Assembly: GCA_010093745.1 (NCBI GenBank)
Contig: MU006022.1
Location: forward strand, 1-64,000
Source of the DNA: Piedraia hortae CBS 480.64
Taxonomy: Eukaryota
DNA: 64,000 nucleotides
Direction: 5' to 3'
Shown here: one piece after another, positions 48,004 through 59,767 of the stretch
How positions within the stretch are numbered: position 1 is the stretch's first letter
How the letters are laid out: every line of letters starts with the position of its first letter
Notes under the pieces: generated by a model
Databases searched by the model: none
What the model saw: only the letters and a program-made list of their open reading frames with translations
Told to the model about the DNA's origin: nothing
Position numbers and translations under genes: made by a program

Positions 48004-50598
48004 ATGGCCAATACCATGCTTACAAAGTTCGAGTCCAAGTCGTCGCGAGCGAAGGGCATTGCCTTCCATTCGCGGCGGCCATGGATCCTCGTGGCGCTCC
48101 ACAGCTCGACGATTCAGCTGTGGGACTACCGTATGGGCACGCTGATTGACCGCTTTGAAGAGCACGACGGCCCTGTTCGCGGCATCGACTTCCACAAGAC
48201 GCAGAGCCTTTTTGTCAGCGGCGGCGACGACTACAAGATCAAGGTGTGGAGCCACCAGACGCGGCGCTGCCTGTTCACGCTCAATGGGCATCTGGACTAC
48301 GTGCGCACCGTCTTCTTCCACCACGAGTTGCCGTGGATCCTGTCGGCCAGCGACGATCAGACGGTGCGCATCTGGAATTGGCAGAACCGCAGCCTGATTT
48401 GCACCATGACGGGCCACAACCACTATGTCATGTGCGCCCAGTTCCATCCAACTGAGGACCTCGTTGTGTCGGCGTCGCTGGACCAGTCGGTACGCGTCTG
48501 GGACATCTCGGGCCTTCGCAAGAAACACAGCGCCGGCCCGCAGGCCATGGGCTCGTTTGAGGACCAGATGGTGCGTGCTGGCCAGCAGCAGGCCGATGTA
48601 TTTGGCAACACCGACGCCGTTGTCAAGTTTGTGCTCGAGGGCCATGACCGCGGCGTCAACTGGGTGGCTTTCCACCCCAGCCTGCCGTTAATAGTGTCGG
48701 CCGGCGACGACAGGCTGGTCAAGCTGTGGCGCATGTCGGAGACGAAGGCGTGGGAGGTTGATACGTGCCGCGGACACTTTCAGAACGTTTCGGCCTGTCT
48801 GTTCCATCCCCACCAGGACCTCATTCTCTCGGCTGGCGAGGACAAGACAATTCGCGTCTGGGACCTGAACAAGCGCACATTTGTGCAGCAGTTCAAGCGC
48901 GAAAACGACCGCTACTGGGTCCTTGCTGCCCATCCGCATATCAACCTCTTCGCTGCCGGCCACGACAATGGCGTCATGGTCTTTAAGCTGGAGCGCGAGC
49001 GCCCGGCGAGCGCCGTCTACCGGTCCCAGCTTCTGTACGTCACAAAGGACAAGCAGCTGCGGTCATATGACATGGCCAAGAACCAGGAGTCGCCCTCGCT
49101 GCTGTCCCTGCGCAAGCTCGGAAGCCCGTGGACGCCTCCGCGCACCCTCTCCTATAATCCCGATGAGCGCAGTATCCTAGTGACGTCCCCCGCCGAAAAC
49201 GGCGTCTACGAGCTCATCAATGTGCCCCAGGACTCAAGAGGCGCCGTGGAAGCCCAGGATGCGTTGAGGGGGTCCGGCCATTCGGCCGTTTTCATCGCCC
49301 CCAACCTTTTTGCCGTTTTCCAACAGTCGCCGGCCCAGGTTGACCTCAAAGACCTTTCTAACAGCGTCACCAAGTCGTTCAGGCCACCCGCTGGCACAAC
49401 CGACATTGTTTTCGGCGGCCGCAATCACCTCCTGCTCCTTACCCCAACACATGTCTACCTGCAGGACGTCTCACGAAAAGAGCCCTCGGCAGAGTTGGCT
49501 GTTGCTGGCGTCAAATACGTCGTGTGGTCGACTGACGGCCAGCACGCTGCTTTGCTCTCCAAGCATAACGTTACCATTGTTACAAGGTCTCTGGAACAGG
49601 TCAGCCGTCTGCATGAGACCATCAGAATCAAAAGCGCCTGCTGGGATGATGCCGGAGTGCTCCTTTACTCGACCCTGAATCACATCAAGTACACCCTGAT
49701 GAACGGTGACAAGGGCATCGTCCGCACTCTGGAGCACACGGTATACTTAGTTAGGGTAAAGGGCCAATCGGTCTACTGCTTGGACAGATCGGCGAAGCCA
49801 CAGGTGCTGACTATTGACCCGACCGAGTACCGCTTCAAACTGGCGCTTGTGCGGCGACACTATGAAGAAGTGCTGAACATGATCAAGACAAGCAGCCTGG
49901 TTGGGCAGAGCATCATCTCCTACTTGCAGAAGAAGGGTTACCCCGAAATAGCGCTGCAGTTTGTGCAGGATCCACAAACTCGGTTGGAACTGGCGATCGA
50001 GTGCGGCAACTTGGATGTTGCAGTGGAAATGGCCAAGGAGCTAGACAGGCCGAAGCTGTGGCAGCGGCTCGCTGATGAAGCATTGTCGCATGGGAACCAT
50101 CAGATCGTCGAACTTTGCTATCAAAAGCTCAAGGCGTTTGAGAAGCTGAGCTTCCTCTACTTAGTAACGGGAAATGAGGACAAGCTAAAGCGTATGGCCA
50201 AAATTGCAGAGCATCGCGGCGACATGACCAGCCGATTTCAAAATTCCTTGTACTTGGGAGATGTCGAGGGTAAGATTGCGTTGTTCCAAGAGGTTGATCA
50301 ATACCCCTTGGCATATCTGGCCGCCAAAGCAAATGGCTTAGAGGATCGAGCACAAGAGATCCTGTCTGCCAGCGGAGTTGAAGAGGCAAATGTATCCCTA
50401 CCTTCCCTCGGCAAGCCCATGTTGGTGCCACGGGTCATTGTTCCAAGCTACCGCGCCAATTGGCCAACCAAGAGCACTGGCACCAGTTCATTTGAGGCTC
50501 TACTGGCTATGGATGAGGATCCGGTCGAGGCAGAAGAGGAAGAGGAAGAGGAGGAAGCGGCAGACGGGATGAGCCAGTCATCTGGCCAGTCCACATAA
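48004..50598 (+). CDS. COP1: Coatomer subunit alpha, apparently lacking the C-terminal domain
   Basis: [20 protein letters not shown]40 propellers, [38 protein letters not shown]. Stops after an acidic stretch at 864 aa. Confidence 0.93.
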   Translation: MANTMLTKFESKSSRAKGIAFHSRRPWILVALHSSTIQLWDYRMGTLIDRFEEHDGPVRGIDFHKTQSLFVSGGDDYKIKVWSHQTRRCLFTLNGHLDYVRTVFFHHELPWILSASDDQTVRIWNWQNRSLICTMTGHNHYVMCAQFHPTEDLVVSASLDQSVRVWDISGLRKKHSAGPQAMGSFEDQMVRAGQQQADVFGNTDAVVKFVLEGHDRGVNWVAFHPSLPLIVSAGDDRLVKLWRMSETKAWEVDTCRGHFQNVSACLFHPHQDLILSAGEDKTIRVWDLNKRTFVQQFKRENDRYWVLAAHPHINLFAAGHDNGVMVFKLERERPASAVYRSQLLYVTKDKQLRSYDMAKNQESPSLLSLRKLGSPWTPPRTLSYNPDERSILVTSPAENGVYELINVPQDSRGAVEAQDALRGSGHSAVFIAPNLFAVFQQSPAQVDLKDLSNSVTKSFRPPAGTTDIVFGGRNHLLLLTPTHVYLQDVSRKEPSAELAVAGVKYVVWSTDGQHAALLSKHNVTIVTRSLEQVSRLHETIRIKSACWDDAGVLLYSTLNHIKYTLMNGDKGIVRTLEHTVYLVRVKGQSVYCLDRSAKPQVLTIDPTEYRFKLALVRRHYEEVLNMIKTSSLVGQSIISYLQKKGYPEIALQFVQDPQTRLELAIECGNLDVAVEMAKELDRPKLWQRLADEALSHGNHQIVELCYQKLKAFEKLSFLYLVTGNEDKLKRMAKIAEHRGDMTSRFQNSLYLGDVEGKIALFQEVDQYPLAYLAAKANGLEDRAQEILSASGVEEANVSLPSLGKPMLVPRVIVPSYRANWPTKSTGTSSFEALLAMDEDPVEAEEEEEEEEAADGMSQSSGQST

Positions 50599-50635
50599 TG
50601 CTCCATTGTAGAATTGTTGAATTTATCTTTCACAT

Positions 50636-50649
50636 CCCCCCCCCCCCCC
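50636..50649 (+). repeat. Poly-C homopolymer (C14)
   Basis: Direct read, 38 nt after the COP1 stop codon. Confidence 0.9.
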
Positions 50650-51602
50650 TTCCCCCTTTACAAATGGGAAGGCCAAGTACAAGTAAAAGCTCGGCGCAGT
50701 CACAGTTGGTGTCGAAGCTGCCCACAGACGAGGCTTTTTTAAGACGTATTATGACCAAATTTGAGGAAAACATTGACCTATACAGCACATTTCCATAATC
50801 TTTTCTCAGTCATCTGGCTATGGAATTAGATGTTCGGACAGGTAAACTTTTCACCAACGGGAGCACCGACAAATGCGGCCCAGCCTTCAAGGCAAGCACT
50901 GAAGGGTAGGGCATTATTTAGATAACGACTGCCTTGTTAATTGATGGAAATCAACCCAAGTGCATGAAAAGGGTAAGGGCCAGAAAATCATGGTGCTGGA
51001 TCGGCGGAGAATTCGCCAGGTCCAGTACAAGCGGGGGTCTCGTTGAGAAATTGCCCAGAGTCTAGACGAACCGTTGCCTTCGCTTAGCGCAAAACACAAC
51101 CCTGATGTTCGAGTTCTAGAACCACTTCCGACACGTGGCATTTGACAGTGACAGGAACCGAATAGACGGAACTACGAAAAGCGTCCTAGCGCATGCATGC
51201 TGTAAATACGCATGCATGTGTGCGTCCACGTGGGGGGACTACATGTGCATGAACGACTGTCGCCTCTGTCTCCGCCCATACAAAAAATTATCGACCATCC
51301 AATTTATCACACCATAACCATGGTCCGGGATCCCATTCAATTTTGCCCCTTCCATCAAAATGGCGTCAACGCCTCTGACAGCCGTTTCATCGCCAACGTT
51401 TCATGCTCAAGAGCAGCTGTAAATACTTCTACTGTCTCCCACCTTTTTCTCTCCTCCACCCATCATTTCTTCCGTCATCCCTTTAACAATCCTCTGCGTC
51501 CGACCCGAGAAGTTTCGACAGTCACTCATTTTTAACAATATCCTCTTCCTCGAACTTCCTCACATTCTTTTAACCAAGTCTCACCCATCCCGTTGAAACA
51601 CA

Positions 51603-51957
51603 ATGGCCAAGATCACATTTGCTCTCGTTGCTGCCTTCGCCGCATGGGTTGCTGCATTCCCAGAGCCGTAAGTATTTCACTTCCCCAAAAACTCCAGCTT
51701 CGATATTAACAACCACAATCAGGGCTCCAACTACGCTCATCAAGCGATTCGAAGGCCCACGCCATGCAGGGCAGGTGGTGGAATATGTGGCCCACTCTAG
51801 GTCGGATCATCACTCGGGGACCGCTCCAGTCCCGCATGGAACCGCTCCGACGCCTCATGGAACAGCACCCGTTCCGCACGGAACCGCTCCATTCCCCACG
51901 GGCACCGCTCCGACCCCACACGGGACGGCTCCAGTCCCGCATGGAAGTGGACGGTAA
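51603..51957 (+). CDS. Small secreted repeat protein (2 exons; intron 51668-51722)
   Basis: MAKITFALVAAFAAWVAAFPEP|APTTLIKR-FEGPRH...S(GTAPxPH/T)x6-GSGR. GTAAGT...TTAAC...CAG intron; CACAATG start; CT-rich leader. Confidence 0.8.
51817..51942 (+). repeat. Six tandem 21-nt coding repeats (GTAP[V/T/F]P[H/T])
   Basis: Units differ mainly at synonymous positions. Confidence 0.9.
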
Positions 51958-52176
51958 ATCATGTGTACTCACACAGTAATGAGGAACAGGAGGGTGCATA
52001 GAGGCTGATTTTCGCTACTGCTGCTACCTTGAATGGGAAACGCGGGCCGTTCTTTTAGACAGGGTTGGGCGATTCTTTTCTTTTTAGATTTTTTTTGTAT
52101 GAACGTGGTGGAACAATTCAACCGTATATTTCACCTCTACCCGGAAACCCGTCCGCTAGTAATACACAAGGCTGAT

Positions 52177-55161
52177 TCAAAACCCGTAGAACGGATCGCT
52201 CCCATCATCCGACATTCCCCCAACAGCAGTCGTGGTAGCTGCACTAACGGCACTGCCACTACGGCCCCTTTCCCAGGGTCTTCCCCTTGGTTTCTCGTAA
52301 AACAACTCCTTCCTTTTCTGTCGCTCATCGACAAAGGCCTCCATTCGGATTTCACCCGCTTGTTCGAAATAGACTTGGTCCGATTCCTTCCCGGACGGGG
52401 GGATGGATGGTGCTGGTGCGGGCGGTAAAGGCGTAGTATCGTGATAGTGGTTTGTCTCGGAGTAAGGGGGCCCCGCTTTGAATATGTTGAAGTTGCCGTT
52501 GCTGTCGGTGGTGAGGGTGGCGCTGCGTCTTTTTTGTTTAGATGAGCGCGGTACGGTCGGGTACTCTGCCCCATCGAAGCATTTGTTCAGTGGAATGTCC
52601 GGATGGTTTAGCTTAGGGTCTAGGGCGGGAAGGTGTTTCTTCTTGCTTGGCGTTGAGGTGGCTTGGATGGGTGGTTTGGGACGTAGGGTGGTTGGGATTT
52701 GGGAGATTCTTCCCGCTTGGGAGAGGAATCCGAGAGCTGTCATCCACACAATGTGTCGTTCTTCCGAAGTCGTGGTGAACTTGAGTGCTCGTTGGGGCGT
52801 GAAGACAACGATGGAACGGCTGTAGACCGAGTCTAGACCTCCAGCCCCACGCGGAGCGGGCGTGTCGTCGGCCAGGTCCATGACGGACTGAATCGCTAGT
52901 TTGCGCCCCTTCTTGCCCAACAGCGCCGAGCCCGTCGTCGGCTGCTTGCTGTCCCACATTACCGTCCGCTCATACGGAGAAAGCCAAACCCATCGCTTAT
53001 GGCGGGAGCCACCAGAGTGGGCGCCATCTCCGCCCGCGCCGTCACCCGCTGCAAATGATTTGGGTTGACGCATGTATTTCCACATCCACTCACCGACCAT
53101 TGTTGCTGCAATGGCATCTACGAGGTTTGTTTCCGGCTCGGCCTCCGACACGGGAGTATCAGGCGGTTGCACGACATTGTCGGTGATATCGGGCGATTGC
53201 ACAACATCGTCAGCGGGAAGCTCCGCTATGGTAGTTGAGATTGCGGGAGAATCAAACGCCATGGACTGAACAGGCGTCAGATCCGGTGAGCGTCGAGGCC
53301 GCCTGCCCTTGTGTGACGCACCCTCGCCCCGCATGGCTGCTGCAGACCGAACCTTGCGTAGGCTGTTGGAATACGGTCGTGATGATGACGAGAACTGTCG
53401 TCTCATCAACCCGTTTGGTGCTTGCGGTGTAGGACTATGGCAGCCCTCGCTATAGGTCTGTGGAGGCTGCCTGGAACTGGAACGGTTGGGGATGGGATAC
53501 GGCGGCACCACATTGGTTCGCGCACTGAAGTTGCTCGAGGCCATGCTGCCCAGGCTCGGCGTCCTTTGATGCTTGGGGAACCGAGGCGGAGCGAAGCCGC
53601 TCGAGGCCATGCTGCCAAAACTAGGGTTTCGCTGCTTCATAAGTTGCGATCTCGCTGTTGCATTGCTGTCCACGCGGGAGAGGGTAGTTACAGTACCAGA
53701 CAGGCCTATCGCCTCTGATTGCATAGTCTTGTTCGGGACAGCATTTGTTCCAAGAGCCCTGGTATCCAGTTCAGGTATCTTGAGAGCTTTTGCTTCCGCC
53801 GCTGCAGCAGCCTTGGACTCGACATGGCTCCGCGCATCCTCGTAGTCGCTGCCAGAGTCGCTGTCGACGCCCAGCAGCTGGTGGCGACTCTGCAACGGCC
53901 GAGTGACACCATATTGCGCTGAACGATTCAAAGGTCCATCTACAGCTTTCTCTCGGTCTCCAAGAGGGCGCTTCTGCTGCAATATACGGGCCGGGAGTTG
54001 ATGCACCCTGGGATCGATTCGCAAAACCTGGTCCGTCTGGACGCCAGCGTCCCTGCTTGATTTCGGGAGCTCCGTTTGGCAAGAGGCATTTTTGGTGTTT
54101 GGCGGTAGCACCGGAGCGCCCTTGTACGACTGGCGCGGAGTCGGCGGTTGGATAGCAATTGCGGGCACCGGGTCGGGAAAATCGGTTTGAGACGCCACGT
54201 CCATGTAGACGGTAGCGCTCAGAGGGGGGATTATCCGAACATTTTCTGCGGTGGCTTGTGTGTGGGCTGGTGCGAGATTGCCGTATGGCCCTGCAGCGGC
54301 TTCCTGCGTCAATGCAGCCACCGAGTCTGTGGGCATCCATGGTTCATCTTCTGCGTCCTCAAGGCACTCGTCCAGCTCATCGGCAAGGCTATGCCAATGC
54401 CGCTGCTGTTCCGGAGATCCGGTCAGAGACTTAAGGGACGAGGCCTCGCTACACAGCCGCCGGTGCGTCTTGGGCGTTGCTGAAGCGAGGCTGGCTGCAT
54501 CGCTGTCGCCTCTGTTATCAGTTTCTTCTGCCGCGTTTGCTCGCGTCGTCGCCATCGCATCTATAAACGCTCGAAGCCGCGACTCGGAAACGTGGAGCCG
54601 CCATTCAAGCTGTCGCCGCTCGGCCTCCCACTGCTGTTTCTCGCTCTCCCAGATGCCTTTCGTGTGGGTTGAGTCCTGGTCGAGCTTCCGCGTCCGCTGC
54701 TGGACCGCCTCCAGCCTGGCTTGCACTTCCTGAACAGCCTCTAGCGCCTCGTCACGCTCTTTAGCCAGGCCCTCGACCGTCTTGCTGGCTTCCTTCTCCA
54801 CACCATCCAGTTGTACCTTTGTCTGCCGGGCATCCTTGGCGTGACGGGCCAGGTCTTGTTGGAGCGTGTCGCTTTCCGCTTTGGCTGCCGCAAGGCTCGT
54901 TTCCAAATTCTCCACGAGATGGCTCTTGGACTCAAGCTCGCGCCGCAGCGACAGGATTTCAGCCACCAGCGATGCATGCAGGGTTGACGCGATACCGCGC
55001 GGATCTAGCGACGATCGTTTGCTTCCACCTTCCACTGTCTGCGCGGGTAACGGCTCTGGAGACTGAGAATTGGCCGTGGTCCGGGACCATCGCTTAGGCC
55101 GCACGACGTTCGGCATCTCGTACGCTGCTGGGACGGCCACCTTTTCCAAACCCTCCGCCAT
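52177..55161 (-). CDS. Coiled-coil plus Mcp5/Num1-type PH-domain protein
   Basis: N-terminal coiled coil (EILSLRRELESK...) and C-terminal PH signature (AIAATMVGEWMWKY, RHKRWVWLSPYER, TPQRALKFT..RHIVW). First ATG is at 55161. Confidence 0.75.
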   Translation of the reverse strand: MAEGLEKVAVPAAYEMPNVVRPKRWSRTTANSQSPEPLPAQTVEGGSKRSSLDPRGIASTLHASLVAEILSLRRELESKSHLVENLETSLAAAKAESDTLQQDLARHAKDARQTKVQLDGVEKEASKTVEGLAKERDEALEAVQEVQARLEAVQQRTRKLDQDSTHTKGIWESEKQQWEAERRQLEWRLHVSESRLRAFIDAMATTRANAAEETDNRGDSDAASLASATPKTHRRLCSEASSLKSLTGSPEQQRHWHSLADELDECLEDAEDEPWMPTDSVAALTQEAAAGPYGNLAPAHTQATAENVRIIPPLSATVYMDVASQTDFPDPVPAIAIQPPTPRQSYKGAPVLPPNTKNASCQTELPKSSRDAGVQTDQVLRIDPRVHQLPARILQQKRPLGDREKAVDGPLNRSAQYGVTRPLQSRHQLLGVDSDSGSDYEDARSHVESKAAAAAEAKALKIPELDTRALGTNAVPNKTMQSEAIGLSGTVTTLSRVDSNATARSQLMKQRNPSFGSMASSGFAPPRFPKHQRTPSLGSMASSNFSARTNVVPPYPIPNRSSSRQPPQTYSEGCHSPTPQAPNGLMRRQFSSSSRPYSNSLRKVRSAAAMRGEGASHKGRRPRRSPDLTPVQSMAFDSPAISTTIAELPADDVVQSPDITDNVVQPPDTPVSEAEPETNLVDAIAATMVGEWMWKYMRQPKSFAAGDGAGGDGAHSGGSRHKRWVWLSPYERTVMWDSKQPTTGSALLGKKGRKLAIQSVMDLADDTPAPRGAGGLDSVYSRSIVVFTPQRALKFTTTSEERHIVWMTALGFLSQAGRISQIPTTLRPKPPIQATSTPSKKKHLPALDPKLNHPDIPLNKCFDGAEYPTVPRSSKQKRRSATLTTDSNGNFNIFKAGPPYSETNHYHDTTPLPPAPAPSIPPSGKESDQVYFEQAGEIRMEAFVDERQKRKELFYEKPRGRPWERGRSGSAVSAATTTAVGGMSDDGSDPFYGF

Positions 55162-55717
55162 GGCCGCCGCCGTCTTGGGAAGCCAGTCTCTGATCGAAGC
55201 AGGGCCCGGCAAAAACTTGGCTGATTGACTTAATGGTGGTCCAAGAGCATCTCGGGCTAAAGAACTTTGTTGGGCCGCCCAAGTTTGAGAGCCCAAGGCC
55301 ACTCTAAACGCACGAGCCTTCTCGTACTATATACTAGACGCCGTTGGGCTGGCGAGATGAACGGCTGCTACGGTGGACTTGGGCCCATGGTTCACCGTGG
55401 ACGCTCTCCCGAGCTTTCCCACACCGTCCATTGCGCATGCAGTCAATCTGTTTTTCCGCCATGCTCATCCTTGTCGTCTCCGTGCCTCGATTGAGTCGTG
55501 GCGCTCGATCTGCTTTCCGTGCGAATCAGCTGTCGGCAATTATATGACCCGTTTGCTGATTGGCCAACGTGAAACTTAGCGTTACGTCTCGTCACATAAC
55601 CTACACAACGTTCTTTATTGCGGAACCCACATCACGTCTTTTACGCGTGGCCCATAGCAACAAGTGGTTCTGCCTTAGATAATTCGAAACTGAGCGTGTA
55701 ATTGTGCGTCTAAAACC

Positions 55718-56890
55718 ATGGACGGCGACCAGCCATCCGGCATGGACGCTTCCAAGAACCCTATCCAGTCGGCAGCGTTGCCGCCAGGGCTTCAAGAATC
55801 ATCTGATAAGATCTGGGCCGAAATGAAGAAGATGCCATTGTTCATGACCAGCCTGGACGATGTAGACGAGGATAACGAACAGATACAGGCATTGAGGGCG
55901 CTTGCATACGAAGGCACTCGTGCCGAAATCGCAGAAAACTTTCGCAAACAGGGCAATGAATGCGTCAGTGAAAAGAATTATATCGATGCACGAAAATTCT
56001 ACGCCCAAGCGACCGAAGCCCTCAATTCTCCTCAGACCGAGCCGGTTGAGAACGAAGAGGAAGAAGAGCGGAAAGAAAAGGCCATTGCCGAAGCATGCCA
56101 CGCAAATTCTGCCCTCTGTAACCTACAAATGAGTAAGGTGTCATCCTCTAGAATCAGCTGTGGCTGACAAGAAGCAGAGAACTATGCTTCATGTCAGCGA
56201 GATTGTGCGGCAGCTCTGCGGCTGAACCCAGATAACATCAAGGCGTGGTACCGGGCCGCCTCGGCCTGTTTGGCCATTGACAAGCTGCCAGAGGCGCTTG
56301 ACGCGTGCGAAAATGGCTTGCTCCGGGACTCGAATAACGCTAGTCTGAAAGCATTACTGACGCGCATTGAAAATCGCAGGGACCATCTGGATGCGTTGAC
56401 GAAAGCCCGACGTGAACGTGAAGCGGGGCTGGCCCTAGATCAGGCCACCCTGAAGCAAGCCCTGCACACGCGGGGCATCTTGGCTCGACAGACGGACGAC
56501 CCTCCAGATATGGAAGACGCTGTTGTCGGCCTCGACCGTCCACGGGACTACAAGTCTACGTTGCACTTCCCCGTCTTGTTTCTATATCCCCGCGAAGCTC
56601 AGAGCGACCTTGTCAAGGCAGTGACTGAGGAAGAATCGCTTGGGCCTCACTTGGAACTCATGCTTCCTCCGCCGTGGGACACTGCAGGTGCGTATCATCC
56701 CGACAACGTCGACTGCTACATGGAAACTCGCCCTGGTGGCCTAATTAAAGCTGGCAAAAAGGTCAAGTTGCTTCAACTACTTAAACGTGGTCCCGTGGAC
56801 ATCGTGGATGGCTTGGTAAAGGTATACGTTGTTCCACGTGCAGATGTCGCTGCCTGGATAGAGGACTTCAAAAAGAGGCAGCGAAAGTGA
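55718..56890 (+). CDS. CNS1: TPR co-chaperone Cns1/TTC4 (2 exons; intron 56133-56177)
   Basis: PLFMTSL, ALRALAYEG, AENFRKQGNE, K|NYASC..DC, NIKAWYR, FPVLFLYP...SD, YMET..GGLIKAGKK. Confidence 0.88.
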
Positions 56891-56891
56891 T

Positions 56892-57920
56892 CTACTTTGG
56901 ATCTGCCGGGTACAAAATGCCATTTTGTCTCCTCAGATCTGTTGTCACCCTGATGACGGCTCTGGATATGTCCGCAAGCTTGCCCGCAGCTTCGTGATCT
57001 TTCTCGTTGATGATCCGCGCAAACTCCACAGCCTCTTCTTCCATGTTCACATTTGGCTTTTCTACAATCTTGCATGGACCTGCTAGTTCTTCCGTCTGCT
57101 TCGTGTGCGGATTGGAGTAGGTCAATGTGCTGATATCTGTGGTGGCGTTAATCGTTAGTGTTCCCTGTTCGCCATATATCTCGCTCGGCGCAGAGCTGGC
57201 GTAAGCTTTAGCTTGGTTGATCTGCACACCAAACTTGTCGTACTGCAGCAGTATGACTCCGCCCGCGTCAACGCCCGTGCGGCAGATGAACGGGACGTAT
57301 TTCTGAGACTTTGGGGCGCCAAAAAGCCCCACGGCAAAGGTAACGGGATAGACGCCGATATCGACCAGACTCCCGCCGCCAAATTCGGCAGAAAAGACGT
57401 TGGGAATCTCCCCTTTGAGCACATTCGAGTAGCGGGAAGAAAAGGTAGCATAGGTAAAACTAGCTCCGTAGACCTGTCCCAGTTTCTTTTCCTTGACAAG
57501 GTCGCGGAGCTTCTTGTAGTTTGCCTCTTGTATATGGCGATAAGCCTCTATAAGGAACAAGCCAGCCTTTTTTGCAACGTCCAAGAGGTCATCCAGCTCT
57601 TCGGGCGTGCACGTTGCTGGTTTCTCCAGAATGACATGCTTACCGGCTTGCAGGGCCTGCTTGGCCTGTTCATAATGCAGACTATTTGGCGATGCAATGT
57701 AGACGGCCTGCATATCTTGGTTCTGAAAGAAGCGGCCAAGGTCATCAAAGCAAGCAGCAGCATCACACGAGTGCTTTTGCCCATACGCCTTCGCCCCGTT
57801 AAGCGTGCGCGAGTAGACGGCTACCAACTTCCATTGTCCAGCCTTGTTCGCAGCATCGATCCACGAATCAGTGATCCAGTTGGTGCCAATGGTGCCGAAT
57901 GTTATCTGAGAGCTGCTCAT
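56892..57920 (-). CDS. Gfo/Idh/MocA oxidoreductase (YgjR/IolU-like)
   Basis: IGTNWIT, AVYSR, AVYIASPNSLH, HVILEKP, SSRY, GGSLVDIGVY. Intronless. Confidence 0.88.
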   Translation of the reverse strand: MSSSQITFGTIGTNWITDSWIDAANKAGQWKLVAVYSRTLNGAKAYGQKHSCDAAACFDDLGRFFQNQDMQAVYIASPNSLHYEQAKQALQAGKHVILEKPATCTPEELDDLLDVAKKAGLFLIEAYRHIQEANYKKLRDLVKEKKLGQVYGASFTYATFSSRYSNVLKGEIPNVFSAEFGGGSLVDIGVYPVTFAVGLFGAPKSQKYVPFICRTGVDAGGVILLQYDKFGVQINQAKAYASSAPSEIYGEQGTLTINATTDISTLTYSNPHTKQTEELAGPCKIVEKPNVNMEEEAVEFARIINEKDHEAAGKLADISRAVIRVTTDLRRQNGILYPADPK

Positions 57921-58088
57921 TGTTCAGTACGTCAAGCAGATCGAAGAGCAACGTTTTAGTTTTCACATAATTCTCCGACTGTCGCCCAACCCCCACTTTG
58001 AGTTGTCATAATTAGGCCACATCTACCCTGCTGTGTTACATGGAGCTGCACGCTAGGCAACCACACGTCAGCCATCTGACTCCGGACC

Positions 58089-59749
58089 ATGTTAGCTGCG
58101 TTGGGTCAAGCCATGTTCCTTAACCAAGGACTATCAGGTAAGTTGAGGGGGGTTGGTTGTTCTTCTTTTTTGTTCTTTCCAAAGCGCACCACCCACTCAC
58201 CACTCGTTTAATCTTTAACCCGAAAATGTCACAAACAACCAACCAAAGAAAACCACAATGCCAAACAAAACACATGGAGCAAACAAGGAGCACGAAAAAA
58301 ACGTGGACTGACAAAATCAGCACTTCGGTACCACGATCCGGAAGAACTACGCCAATCTCCACCGCCCCCGGCCACTGAGGTGAGCTTTCCAGCATATCCA
58401 GCCTCTTCTCCGGAGCCGGTACAATGGGACCGACAGAAACACCCACCTCCAGATTTTCAAACTTTGTTTCTACAAATCCGGAAACCAAGTGATATCCTTC
58501 CGTCACACCTCCAGGTCCTCAACATAAACTTCCAACCACAATGTTCCATCCAGGAAATGATCCCCTTAAGCCCAGACGGCGGGTCATACATCCCCTATCT
58601 ATCCGACATAATCCGCCCTCTCCCGCGCGAAGCGCCTCCCTCACCTCCGGCGCACAGGATGTGGGAATTTGAACATCGAATAGCGGAAATATCCCTCGAC
58701 AACGACCTGGCATATCGCCGGCTGTCACGAAGTCCAATGCACTCCGACGGGGTGCGGCTCACCCACATGGCTCGTTTCTTCGACAGTCTGGAAAACCTGG
58801 GCCAGCATTGGGATAGCAGTCTAGATCGATATCTCAAAGTCGACGAGTTCGATAAACCGGTAGATGAAAGCGAAGACGGCCGAGAAGTCTACTCTGGCCG
58901 TCGCACAAGCGATGGAAAATCCATGCCGGATCGTTTCCGCTCAGAAACTATCCGTCGGCTGGTGGAGAGTATTGCTCGGGTTTTTAACTGTGCTGTTGCT
59001 CAGCCTCGGAGGCCTCCTCAAATTAAACTTGGGATGATGAATCTTCCAATTCGTCAGACTGCTGCTCTGTATCGCTTTCCAACCGACCATAGACGCGCGA
59101 GAGAGGGGCACCTTCAAGGGCCCATCCTTGCGGTTCAAACGCGACCTGAGTTTGATTTTGCATCCGAAGGAGGAGACACGAGAAGTGAATTGGATTTGCT
59201 GCGCGAGCTGGGTGCATTGCTACATCTTGCGCAGGAAAGGTCTCGAGAGGGAACTAGCGAAGTCAAACCCGGAGCAGGGAAGTGGTGGACGTCTGCTCCA
59301 CGGTGGGGAGGTGGTGTGGTGAATGCGGAGAACTTTCCAGATCATGATGCAAAGAAGCCAAACACTTGGGCGACGGTCAAGTGCGGAAGTGGGAATTGGG
59401 ATCCGGTAAGAGCCCTGCTACTCTCCCGTGAAGATGATATTAACATTTGAAGAAAACAGAATACCTAGCCCTGGGCAAACGGCGGGACTCGGCATACGAT
59501 GAGGTGTTTCTGGTATCAGCCATTGTGCACCATGTCTCCATCGTCAAACTGACCGTGCACGATGAATACATCCGATTATTGTCCAGCGGAATGCTTTTAC
59601 CTGACAATGAACTAGAAGATCTTCCAAAAGATTGGTGTAAACCGCTATTCCAGAGGACGGGATGGTATAATTTGTTAGATCCAGGCGAAAGAAGCGAGGC
59701 CTATGCTGCCATATGGGGTGTCGTAAGTTATCTCATGAGGGATTCGTAG
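58089..59749 (+). CDS. Conserved-looking fungal hypothetical protein (3 exons; introns 58138-58320, 59406-59452)
   Basis: ATG 58089 or 58113 joins the long ORF in frame via a GTAAGT...CTGAC...CAG intron. Motifs LHLAQERSRE, KWWTSAPRWGG, WDP|KTEY, SAIVHHVS. Confidence 0.7.
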
Positions 59750-59767
59750 GCCACAAAACATGGATAA

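Noticed and set aside
51817..51942. CRISPR-like array
   Set aside because: Head-to-tail coding repeats without spacers in a eukaryotic gene; no cas genes
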